A stretch of 64,000 nucleotides of DNA from a virus (lineage: Duplodnaviria; Caudoviricetes), in IMG/VR virus record IMGVR_UViG_3300021387_000272, positions 17,374 to 81,373 of that record; one strand, given 5' to 3'. Below are positions 8,501 to 18,900 of this stretch, piece after piece. Made by a program: the position numbers and the translations under genes. The first letter of the stretch is position 1. The number at the start of each line of letters is the position of its first letter. A model generated the notes under the pieces. It was given only the letters and a program-made list of their open reading frames with translations, did not search any database and was not told the DNA's origin.

Positions 8501-11081
8501 TCCTTTTGGAATTGTTCCTGATAGTGACAATCTTTCTCCATTTGAAAAAGCAGAACAACAATTTGCAGATGGTGGAAACATCAATGATGCTGACTTGGTA
8601 GATTGGATTATTAGAGAAGAAGGATTTAATAAGAAACCTAAAGATATTGGGGATGGCAAAATTACTTTAGGTTCTGGACTCACTGATAAGAAGTGGCATG
8701 ACCTTTATAGGAAAAGAGGTAACAAGTGGTCAGAAGCTGATAACAGAATGGCTGTAGCTGAAGAGGTAGCAAATAGAAGAAGGTGGGCTGAGAAGACTAT
8801 TCCTAATTGGGAAGCTCTTCCAGACAGTTCTCAGAAGGCTTTACTTTCCTACAAGTATAACTATGATTTTACTCCAACTAATTCTCCAAGGCTCTTTAAG
8901 GCTTTAGCTGACAGTAATTTCAGGGAAGCTGCCAGACAAATGGATGCCACCAGTAAGGACCCCAAATTTAAGGAAGGCTTGATGAAGAGGAGACAGAGAG
9001 AACAAGAATGGTTCTTGTCAGACCTTGCTAATCAAAATATTCCTGAGCCTACTCCAGCTCCAGCACCTGTTATAAATACTTCTTTGCCTAACAATGTAGC
9101 TCCTGCAGTAAGCACTGCTGTTGCAAATAATTATGTTCCTTCTTCTGTACATCCTTATACAAGAAGAGAGAATGCAAGGAGAGCTTTTGAATCAGCAGTT
9201 GCTTTTAATAGGATGATGAATACTACAAGTATTCCAAATAATCCTTTGCCTGGGTATCAATTTCCCATAGAATATGCTGATGGTGGAGACATTCACATAG
9301 ACCCATCTAAGAGAGGCACATTCAAAGCCCAAGCATCTAAGATGGGTATGGGAGTACAGGAAGCTGCCAGTCACATCTTAGCTAATAAGGAGAACTACTC
9401 TCCAGCTATGGTAAAGAAAGCTGTATTTGCTCATAACTTTGCCAAGGCTTATGGAGGAGATTTATTCACTAATCCTTTTGCCTACGGAGGTGAGATGGGT
9501 AATATCTTTGAAGGTGAAGGAGACAGACCTAACAGTTTTACTTGGGGAACTGACTTTTCAAGTGCTCCTTGGGTAAGAAATATGCAGAGATTAACTTCTA
9601 ATCCTAGGTCTTACCTTACATTTGAGGAGCTGCAAGCTATCCAAAAAGCAAGAGAAGCTGCCCAAAAGTATCAAGAAGCGGTTAAACAGCAGAAGGCTCA
9701 GGAAGTTGCCTCCAATAAGGGGCAAGGCAATGGAAAGAAAGCTAAGGCTACTTCTACTCCGAGAAATACAGATGCGGCTAATGCAGCAGCCTTATCCGCA
9801 GCAATAGGTCCTACAGGACTAAATCTCTATGATTGGTACAGAAATGGCTCCGATGGCATTTCAGAACCTACAGGATTTACTGTTGGTGAGAATGGACTCA
9901 TTGATAGAAAGACTGGATATACTCAGGGGTATAGAGACTTAGTGGGAAAGCGCACAGCTGATGATATAAGAAAGTGGGCTGAAGCTAGAGGTTGGAAACC
10001 TGGTATGACTGACTTCAGTACTATTACAGACCCAAGTCTTAGGTCATTCTTAGAGAGAGGAAACAAGCTCGAAGACCTTAAAACAGAACAGTGGAGAACA
10101 GGTGCCCTTGATGGTAAATATGGATTCATGCATCATGTAGCTGACAGCATGCTAAAGGAAAAAGCACCTGCAAAGAAGGCCGCTTCAGTTGCCCCTGCAG
10201 GAGTCTCTGAAGTAGAGTTGCCACAACAGGAGTTATTACTAGTAGACCCAAAGATTGCAGAAGACCCTGCAAGAATAGCTAAGGGAACAAGGACTACTAC
10301 TATTGACGAGAATGGTACTAAGGTAACTAGAATTACTGACCCAGATGCTAAAGTAAGTGACACTACTGGTAATGGCAAGTTCAAGCCGAGGGATACCTGG
10401 ATGAGGCAGGTTCCTATCTGGATGAGTGGACTTGCTGCTCTTAGAGGGGAGTTGACTCCTCCTGACTATACTAATGCAGATGCTATTCTGAGTGCAGCCT
10501 ATGCAGCTGGAAGACCTGTAAGTGTAGGCACTGAGTATGTAGGAGATTATAGGGTACGTGACCCATTTGATGAGAGGTATTTGATGAATATTATCAATCA
10601 GAATGCTGCAGCCACTAGAGAGAACCTGATGAATTTCAGCGGTGGAAATAGAGCTGTTGCAATGTCTGGAATGAGCAACAATGACCTCACAAGACAAATG
10701 GCATTGGCTGAAGCTGCTAGACAGGCTTACTTGGCTAACAGGGCTGATGACGTTCAAGTATCTGACTTTAACTACCGCACTAATAAAGGTAATGCTGATG
10801 CTCAGAATACTAGGAACTTGGCTCTTGCCCAGCTTAATAGTGGTAGACAGAATGCAATGCTTAGTGGAGTAGCTCAAGGTGCAAGACTAAGACAAGCTAT
10901 TAAGGACCAGCGTGATGCAGCTATTTCTGCTAACTGGACTGCCTTTGCTCAGAACATGGGTGACTGGGGTAAAGAAAACGGTTACTACAATATGCTTGGT
11001 GGCCTGAATGAGGAAGGAGTTCTTAAGTACTTCTTTGGAGATGATTGGAAGACAAAGTTTAATAACAATTCAACTGTTTAA
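5508..11081 (+). CDS. Cargo/ejection protein with two GH24-like (phage lysozyme) domains
   Basis: 1857 aa, first gene after the muzzle; lysozyme-like LIRQNEGWRAKPYKD..SVGYG (about 6240-6670) and IIREEGF..DIGDGKITLGSG..GLMKRRQRE (about 8586-9015); Gly/Ala-rich membrane-like segments; crAss-type GGSHGENPLGGV motif. Confidence 0.75.
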   Translation: MVTNISTTNTVNTNIGAHENMAHAGQTGGGNWLQQAGSWLGSDSMSQGMGGMGGMSNGQMILAADQTGGQIFGMLAGQNETTAGNIIKSIPGLSTVGNLVNAAFGSHINEGFVKQTEFGINSAGSQAFNSNTNADVLNDWRNLTQLSHVEKSEVGSDGWFSKKAKRKTNALNEAIDEANALQMTNFGHAVTNADQNTDLRIAQGMIAAYGGPINSFRKYYNDGGNLFNTPQFFTFEPQIHDDGGYLSKAKALIRQNEGWRAKPYKDAPKGKAWRSVGYGFNDSGFREKYPEGISKHYEHGITKEQAEQELEYYLRKSEKTLKNIYGKQWNSFTDNQKAAILDTYYQSPASVGKKSRFYKAVTAGEDAGKYLGVAGYSKRNNVRQGVFGGGAVPKSSGASYSSGYSNVDMASSSGTGQIDTEELSYPSPILEGRSPVVDFDLSGIEPTKVIDPKINLSRPAMDLNFMSSPIAQAPQVQAPTVGTVEDFLASYGDVDTPTIDASENNLFGDGGSTSGWLDFFKSWNQSQGGNNYFNMDNSWKPSDGLQRNTSNGSVQDWIGVAQTVGNTIANWGEEDPSLGRGGGYSMFGMAAYDLLKGIRDATKSKRESIDQKLGIPIYACGGRLYPDGGALGGMGAGGGESVGAMGYAQAGTAALKLASNAVHQAKLTVDEDKIDRSINRYGFGFDDYAKNVNTNGDLLDLWQNNATVNPNLTARDFRDKSEFDDFLNSYAASWEGFNAGQNWGPWGAAIGAVVGGISSRIGSQIGKNKAKHAAEEANEEIERANERRQATLEYLAERVDHENDLRILQNMDKRNINSGASGGDLNMGFGLRNPFIMPDGVANPLYRSFGGGLTHGVNWDTGVNWVDEGGSHGENPLGGVPMGVDDQGIPNLVEEGEAIWNGDYVFSKRMKVPKKLAKKYGLGGDITFADAIKKLTKDSEERPLSMIDRDTNDHILGEFADVQEERRMAKAQRAMEREQQLQEDFIAGFQYGLGGHLSPFGIVPDSDNLSPFEKAEQQFADGGNINDADLVDWIIREEGFNKKPKDIGDGKITLGSGLTDKKWHDLYRKRGNKWSEADNRMAVAEEVANRRRWAEKTIPNWEALPDSSQKALLSYKYNYDFTPTNSPRLFKALADSNFREAARQMDATSKDPKFKEGLMKRRQREQEWFLSDLANQNIPEPTPAPAPVINTSLPNNVAPAVSTAVANNYVPSSVHPYTRRENARRAFESAVAFNRMMNTTSIPNNPLPGYQFPIEYADGGDIHIDPSKRGTFKAQASKMGMGVQEAASHILANKENYSPAMVKKAVFAHNFAKAYGGDLFTNPFAYGGEMGNIFEGEGDRPNSFTWGTDFSSAPWVRNMQRLTSNPRSYLTFEELQAIQKAREAAQKYQEAVKQQKAQEVASNKGQGNGKKAKATSTPRNTDAANAAALSAAIGPTGLNLYDWYRNGSDGISEPTGFTVGENGLIDRKTGYTQGYRDLVGKRTADDIRKWAEARGWKPGMTDFSTITDPSLRSFLERGNKLEDLKTEQWRTGALDGKYGFMHHVADSMLKEKAPAKKAASVAPAGVSEVELPQQELLLVDPKIAEDPARIAKGTRTTTIDENGTKVTRITDPDAKVSDTTGNGKFKPRDTWMRQVPIWMSGLAALRGELTPPDYTNADAILSAAYAAGRPVSVGTEYVGDYRVRDPFDERYLMNIINQNAAATRENLMNFSGGNRAVAMSGMSNNDLTRQMALAEAARQAYLANRADDVQVSDFNYRTNKGNADAQNTRNLALAQLNSGRQNAMLSGVAQGARLRQAIKDQRDAAISANWTAFAQNMGDWGKENGYYNMLGGLNEEGVLKYFFGDDWKTKFNNNSTV

Positions 11082-11084
11082 AAT

Positions 11085-12932
11085 ATGCCAGTAGTAATAG
11101 GAGCACGCTATAATCCTTATAGCTTTGATGATATGTTGAAGCCTCTTGCTATGGCTCAACAAGAGTATAACACTGTACAAGAGGGTCTGTCTGCACTGAC
11201 AGACTCCTCTAACCAGTTTAGTAGATACTTAGAAGGTACTCAGGCAGGTGAAAGAGTGAAGCAATATAATGCAGCTATTGATACAGCTGTAACTGATATG
11301 GCTAAAAATGGTCTCAGAAAAACCAATAGAGATACTCTATTGGGGTTAAAGAGGCAATATAATAATGATATAGCCAAGATTAATCAGTCAGCTGCACAAT
11401 TAGATACTCTCTATAAAGGAGTCCAGGCAGCAAGACTTAAAGCCCAAGCAAGTGGAGATACCTTGTTTGTAGCTAATATGCCTAATGTAGATACCTTGTT
11501 AACTGACCCATCAGCTTCTCCAACAATGATAAGTGGAATGGGCCTTCAGAAACAGGGTATGCAAGCTGCCCAAGCTGCTAGTCTACGTAATGTAATTAAC
11601 AGTACTGCGGAAGGCCAAGGTGCCTTACGAATGTACATTCAAGCAGTGCAAGGTTATGGATATGGAAGTGCAGAAGCTCAGAAATTCTTAGAGAATGCGG
11701 CTTCTATACCTGAACTTAAGCAAGCCTTAGATACAATCAGTCAGATGTATAATGTAGATTCTTTGGGAGCAGATAGTGGCAGAGCAAGACAGTTTATTAT
11801 GCAAGGTATAATGGATGGCCTTACTACTCAGCAGAAGACTTCTTATATGGAAGACCCAGAGAAGAAAGCTGCTCTTGACTTAAGTATGTACAAACAAAAG
11901 GTTGATTACCAAACTGAAGCTGCTATAAAGCAGGAATACGCTAAGCAAAATGCCAAAGCACAAGCAGCAGCTGCAAATGGAGGTTTAGGTAGTGGAAGTG
12001 TAGAAGGTATTTATTCTCAAAACTTTGTTACTACCAATGGAAATAGTATAGCTCAGGTACAACAAGCTATAAATGGTCTCCATGCTTCTAGTGGAGGTCT
12101 GTCTTCAGCTGTCTTTGGTAAGACTTGGGGTAATGTAAATCCAATGAAGGTTTATGAGGAATATCAAGCAAGAACTTCTAAGAATGACCGAGGTACAGCC
12201 ATGTATGCTGTGGGAACTGAAGGAAGGGTAGGAAAGAATTTCTGGGATAAAGATACTCCAGAAAGTGCTCTTAATAGTCTAAAGAAGAAGTATGGTATTG
12301 GACGAATTCTTACATCACAAGAATATAAAGCTCTCAAAGACCTGGGTTACACCTCAGATAACTTCTTCAAAAAGGCAGGTTCTTACCACAATTTCAAGCA
12401 GTCTTTGAATACTCAGATAGATGAGCTGGCACACAACACAGCTATTTATAACATTAATGGTGGTGAGACCAATAAGAGAATAACTGCAAGGGTACTGGAA
12501 AATGCTGACCTCTTTGGGGAGAATAACCCAGACGCTACCCTAGTTCAAGAATTTGAGAGAGGTAAGAAGAAGGGAAATGTAAATCCCACCAAGCTCAGAA
12601 AAGACATGGAAAAGGGAGCACAGTTCACTTTAGGATTGAGCAAGGAAGGTCTTGTTCTCACTTCCTCTATTGGAGGTAAGCAGTATATAATTGCCCCTGA
12701 GCTTATTTCAACGGAAGCCAAGAATGCAATAGATGCTTTGCCTACCAACATTCAGAAGGCATTAGTTGCACAAGAGAAAACCTTTATGGAGTGGTATGGT
12801 AGAAAGCCTACAAAAGCAGAGAAGCAGAGATTAGAGAGTGATGCATATCAGGCTACTGTAAAGGGCATAGCTTCTTCAGTAGGAGCTGATATTGTTCAGT
12901 CATTACCCGCAACAAGTAAAGATGCAGAATAA
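11085..12932 (+). CDS. Cargo/ejection protein (helical)
   Basis: 615 aa, Ala/Gln-rich, tightly packed in the cargo operon. Confidence 0.6.
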   Translation: MPVVIGARYNPYSFDDMLKPLAMAQQEYNTVQEGLSALTDSSNQFSRYLEGTQAGERVKQYNAAIDTAVTDMAKNGLRKTNRDTLLGLKRQYNNDIAKINQSAAQLDTLYKGVQAARLKAQASGDTLFVANMPNVDTLLTDPSASPTMISGMGLQKQGMQAAQAASLRNVINSTAEGQGALRMYIQAVQGYGYGSAEAQKFLENAASIPELKQALDTISQMYNVDSLGADSGRARQFIMQGIMDGLTTQQKTSYMEDPEKKAALDLSMYKQKVDYQTEAAIKQEYAKQNAKAQAAAANGGLGSGSVEGIYSQNFVTTNGNSIAQVQQAINGLHASSGGLSSAVFGKTWGNVNPMKVYEEYQARTSKNDRGTAMYAVGTEGRVGKNFWDKDTPESALNSLKKKYGIGRILTSQEYKALKDLGYTSDNFFKKAGSYHNFKQSLNTQIDELAHNTAIYNINGGETNKRITARVLENADLFGENNPDATLVQEFERGKKKGNVNPTKLRKDMEKGAQFTLGLSKEGLVLTSSIGGKQYIIAPELISTEAKNAIDALPTNIQKALVAQEKTFMEWYGRKPTKAEKQRLESDAYQATVKGIASSVGADIVQSLPATSKDAE

Positions 12933-12934
12933 TT

Positions 12935-15900
12935 ATGGCAGTAGAAGATTATAGCAGAAACGGATTAAAAGGATTACCTGGTCTTAATATGCGTAGGGAG
13001 CCCACTAATATGGACTTCCTGCGTATGGCAGGAATAACTCCTAGTGGTAGAGAATTAAATGCTCAGAACCGTCCTCTAATGGATGAGCCAGTAGGTATAG
13101 AACTTGGTCGTCTTGGTGTAGGAGAAAGTACCTATGACCAAGATATCCAAACTATGTCTGAAGCTCAAAACATTGGCAACTTCAGAGGAGAAAACCAATC
13201 AGGGTTAGTTCAAGTAGGTAATGGTCTTTTAAAGATGACCACTACAGCCCTTACTACTCTTGCAGATGGTACTATAGGTACTCTTTGGGGATTAGGACAA
13301 GGCATAGCTAACTTAGCTGATGATGATGAAAAGACTGGCTTTTGGCAAGGCATGTGGAATAATGATTTCAACAAGGCCATGTCAAATATCCAAGAGAATA
13401 TGGAGAAGATTGCTCCTAACTATTATACGGATGAGCAACTAAATTCCCCCTGGTATTCTGCTGCAAATGTTCTATCTGCTAATTTCTTAGGAGATAAACT
13501 CCTTAAGAATGCTGGTTTTACAATAGGTGCTTTGGCTGCTCTTGCAGTGCCTGGCTTTGATATGGCATGGCTAGCCAAGGGAGTCTCTGCAGGAGCAAAG
13601 GCTCTTGGTATGGGTTCTAAGGCTGCTGGTAATACAGGTGCTATTGCTAATTACTTAGCACGTACTTTTATGTCCGCCAACTCTGAAGCAAGCATAGAAG
13701 CTATTAATGCAGTTAAGGATAATCAAAAGTCCATGTATGAAGGAATTGAGCAAAGAGCAAGAGAAGATGCTGCTGCTTCAGAGCAAATAATGGCTCAGGA
13801 AATCCTTAATGGTGTTGATGAGCAGACTGCCCAGAGCAACCACATGAATAGGTTAAGGACTATTGACCAAGAAGTAAAGAATGCAAAAGCCTATGCGGAT
13901 GACCAATTACGTGATGTAGGTAACTCTGTGTGGCTAATGAATGTAGGTCTTCTTTCCTTAACCAATAGTATTGAGTTTGGTAATATACTTAAAGGTGGTT
14001 ATAATCTTAGAAAGTCGCTCAAAGACTTTGGAGTAAAGCTTACTGCAGAAGGTAAGGAAGTGGGAATAAGGGAGTTTGGCCAAGCTATGGCTAAAGGCTT
14101 AAAGACTTCTATAACTCCTGCAATGAGTAAAGTAAGTGCAGCTGGTGTAGCTGCTGGTACGGCTAAAAGATTTGCGGCTGAAGGCTTTGAAGAGGGTGCC
14201 CAGAGAATAATCTCTGACTCAAATGAAATGCAGGCTCAGGCTAAATTACAAGAGTGGGCAACTGACCGTTATAATAAAGATTCTGATAAGTATAGTCTTT
14301 GGGAAAAGCAGATTAATCCTTCAGTTACTGCAGACCTTGTGGACTACACTAAAGCTCTTGGTAATGCTTGGAAAGAAGGCTTTGGCTCCTTTAGTTCCTC
14401 TGGTTGGGAAGAAGTATTCCTTGGAGGTCTGACGGGTATGTTCGGTACTGCTGGTATGAGAAGGAAGGCCGATGGTAAAATGGGCATTGGTTGGCAAGGA
14501 GGTTTTATGGAATCTATCAGGGACCAACAAGCTAAATATACTGAGGCCGATAGAATGATTCAGCAGTTTAATGACCAGGTATCCAAAGATGAATTCAAGA
14601 ACAGAATGCAATGGGCAGCAGCTAAGTTAGCAGCAGCCTATGATATGGAGGAAGCCCTTAACAATGGAGACATTATGGGCTATAAGAATGGTGAAATGCT
14701 TTCTGTAGCCAATGATGCTATTTACTTCCGTGATAATGGAATGCTTGACTTCTTTAAAGGATATTATGAAGAGACTGCTAAGAATGTTTCTGATGAAACT
14801 ATCAATAACTTACGTGCTCAAACAAAGGATGTTAATACTGGAAAGTCCTTCTATGATAGTAAGTCTGATGATGAAATTCGTCAGATGATTCAAGATAAGT
14901 CTAAGTCAACCTTGGAGAAGATTGAAAATACTGTTTCTATCTATGAAGATATGGAGAGACAGTATACAGATAAGTTTAGGGGAGTAGATGTCACTCCATA
15001 CTTAGAGGATGTTAAAGACCCCGTGGTAAGAGCAATGATGCTTGCTATGCCCTCAGACTATGCACAGAAGGGTATTCAGCAGCTTACTTATTTGTCTACT
15101 CTCTATGATGATTTAGTACGCCGTAGAGGAGAACTTGAGCAAGAAAGAGATGCTGCAGAAGGTTCTATTGATGGTGCTGATAAAGTCAAGAAGATTAATA
15201 AAGATATTCTGGAAATAGACAACACTTTAAGTGATATCAAAGACCGCTTCAATAAAGCTAAGAATCACCCTGAAGAGCTTATTGAAGAGATGATTAAGGC
15301 ACAAGTAGTAAGTGCTAAGCAAGCTATAGGAAGAGAGGCTCAGGCTACAAAGCAGAGATACTTCCAAGCAAAAACTCTTCAGGATGTAGCAGACACTTTC
15401 TATTATGGAAACTTTAACCAGTCAGTATTAGAAGAAGCAATTCAAGAAGCTGCTGATGAGGACAATAAGAATTTACTAAATTCATTCTATCCTTTCTCTG
15501 TAGAAGTAAATGCCACACAGGATGCTATTGAAAAAGTAGTTGCTGAGCATACCAAAGATGAAGATAATGAAGTAAGAAATAGAACAATCGCAACTTTGGG
15601 AAGATATGCACAGGATGCTATCTCAGAAACCCTTGCTGACCAAAGGGAATCTGGTATATCTACTACAGTTGCTGATACATTAAGAGAGTATGGAGAGCGT
15701 ATAGTTGAGCATGCTTCTCAGGAGGAGAGAGCAGTGCAGATAATGGCAGAAAATACCGCTGCTTTCCTAGATAAGATAGCCGAAGAACTTGATAAGGCAA
15801 GAGCTACAGCAAAAGTCCCTGAGGTTAAGCCAGTTGAAGAGCCTAAAAAGAAGACTGAGGAGAAACAAGAGGATGCACCTGAAGCAGGTAAAAAAGGAGA

Positions 15901-18900
15901 ACCACAAGATGCAGCTTCTCAGCCTGAAACTCCTATAAAGCCTGAGGTTACTTCTCCCAAGAAGACAGAGACTCCAGAAGCTGAAATTAAACCAGTGGAA
16001 GCTCCTGCTACACCAACAACTTCTGCTAAAAAAGTCGGGGATAAAGTAACTCTTACTGATGGATTTACAGGCACTATTAAGTCTATTCCAAAAGCAGGAG
16101 TGTATGAGATTACACTTGAAAATGGAAAAACAGGAATTTATACTGACGAAAATATTGTAGATAGCCCAGCAGCAAGTGCCCAGCCTGAGCCCAATTCCTC
16201 ATCTTCTACAGAAAATAAAATACTTGTGGATAGAGACACTACCGAGTCTGAATTTGGCTTTGCCAATAGTTCTCAAGGTTTCATTAAAAATAAACATGGT
16301 ATATGGGTTCCTGTAGTTGCTGGTATGCGTAGTGGCTATAAGTTTGCAGATGGAACTATGGCTCTTGGTGGTAAGGCAGTTAAAGCAGAGGCAATGCTTG
16401 AAAGAGGTGTTGTTGCAATCCAAGATGGCGCAGGGGGTATGTTAGAAGTATCTGTTGATAATGTTATAGGATTATATAAATCTATTGATGGAAACAGAGC
16501 TACAGGAACTCCTGCAAAAAGAATTGATATCACAGAGGAAATTCAAAAATACGTAGAAAATCTCCAATCCTCAATATCTACTCCTACTGGAGGTAACAAG
16601 CAAAACACTCAAGTTACCCCCAATAGAGAAGAAGAACAAGGGGCAGAGCAAGGTACTACTACAACTCCTACAGAAACTTCTCAAGCTACGCCAACAGAAG
16701 CTCAGGTAGAAACTCCAACTACAAATCAGAATGAGGCTCCAATAAATAATCCTGTAGAAGTTCCTGCCCAAGCTCAGACTGAACAAAATAAAGAAGAGCA
16801 AGCTGGAACATCTGCACAGGATACTAGAGTTATTCAACCTGAGACTGAAGAGCAAGAAGAAAAGAAGGAAGAAATAAGAAGTGGTAAGTCCTTCACAGGA
16901 ACTGCTTTCCTAACTTACTCTCAGACTATACTGGGAAGAAGGAATGCTAAAGATAAGGGAGTAGCTATACGTAGAAAGGGCCCTTCTTTAGAGGCATTCC
17001 AAGCTCTTTTGACTGCTAATAACATAGATATTGACCATGTAGTGAATAACTATATATATGAGTTTATGGAAGATGGAAAACTTCCTGTACGCTACATGGT
17101 AATGAAGGATTCTGAAAACAAGGTAACTCCAAAAGAGGGGCATGAGCATATATTCCTTGTAACTAAGATTACTGACAAAATTCAGAAGTTTATAGACAAG
17201 GATACCAAACTCCGAGGCAATGTTAAGGGAATGTCTAATGGAGAGGATATGCTTATTGTAGGCGTTCTTGGATATGGAACCAATGATAATGACTTAATTC
17301 AGGGAGCTGAAAGAATCCGTGAGGCATATAGGAATATGGATGATGCTAGTAAAGCTGGTACATATACTCTTATTCCTAGTGCTGAGAATAGTATCTTTGC
17401 TATGAATGGAGGTCAGATGGTTCTTCAGTTTGAAGGACAGGAGAAAGGTAATACAGACCTTAAGACCTTGCTTGATTCTCAAGATAGCTTGGTCAATCCA
17501 AGACAGCTTAAGATTGGTGATATAAGATTTGCTACAGCTCTTGGTAAAGAAGGTAGTGTTAAATTGAGATTCTTCCAAAAGAGAGAGGGGGATGACCAAT
17601 ATGGTTTCTTAGACCCATTAAGTCTTCAGAGTGCTCCAGGTAATGTATGGATGTTCGTTAGAAGTGCTGATGGTAGATTCATTCCTACGGCAATTGAGCC
17701 AACTACTTGGAATGATGCTAATATGAATTGGGATAGTACCTTAGGTACTAAGATAAAAGAACTTGTTGATAACTTAGCCACAGTTACTGATAAGGAAAGT
17801 ATTCCTGCATTACTCAAGGAGCTTAATCAGAGACTCATATTCTCCGTTAATGACAGAAACAGAGGTAATAGGATATTCTATGATGAGAAGACTGGTGAAC
17901 TTTCTTTCAGAAGATTTAATCTGGATGCCGCAAGTGACAATGCTAAGATAATAATGGATGATAAGGATTCTGACTTTTTAGTAGTTGATAGGTCAGAAAG
18001 TCTTGTCATTAATCTGCATAACCCTGATAGGTCTATGGATGAGAGCAGGGAAATTCTCAATAAGATGATTGAGGCTCTTGACCCTGTTATCAATATCCAG
18101 AACTCTGTAATGAGCTCTCAGGGTGGTATAAAGATGTATTTGGATGCTGGATTATTCAAGGTAGCTATTAAGTCTTTAGGAATGGTAAATGCTAAGACTT
18201 ATGTCTATCCTATAAATAGTCGCTTAGAGCCTATTAATAGCTTTGTGGTGGCTCCAGTAGCAATGAACACTACTACGGGAGTAAATACATTCTATTATAA
18301 TGGAGAAAGGTTTATAATTTCTGATAATGTCGTATATGATAGCAGCTTTAAAGAAGTCACTGACAGAGACACCATAGATGACATTAGAGCCGCTGCTGAT
18401 ATACAGTCAGGAAAGGTAAGACCTGTAAGAACTAATAATACAAAATATTGGGAGATAAATGGAAAAGTATATAGCCAGTATCGTAATGGAGGTTATGCTA
18501 GGCTTAGTCCTACTGAAGAGGTTGAATACAAACAAAGAAAAGCTGCTGAGGCTGAAAAGAAAGCTAGAGAAAAAGCTGCAAAAGAGGAAGCAGACAGATT
18601 AGAGAAACAAAAGAGTACTCAAGCTAAGTATAGTGTAGGACAGAACTTAAATGGTAGGGAAATTACTGAGGTCAATATTGTGGATAATGAGGTTATATAT
18701 ACCTTCAATGATGCCCAAAATGGAATTAAGAATGGCACAATATCCCAAACTGAATTGGATAGTCTTTTGTCAGAGGAAGCTAAGCGTGCAGCAGAAACTC
18801 CACAACAGGAAGCACCTCAAAGTGAAACTGATTCAAACAAAGAAGTTAAAAAGACTGAACAGGACTCAGAAACATTGGCTAAAAAGGTAAGAAAGTCAAG

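Noticed and set aside
15790-16900. Apparent repeats in the 2064-aa protein
   Set aside because: These are Pro/Glu/Thr/Gln low-complexity linkers with no exact DNA repeat unit.
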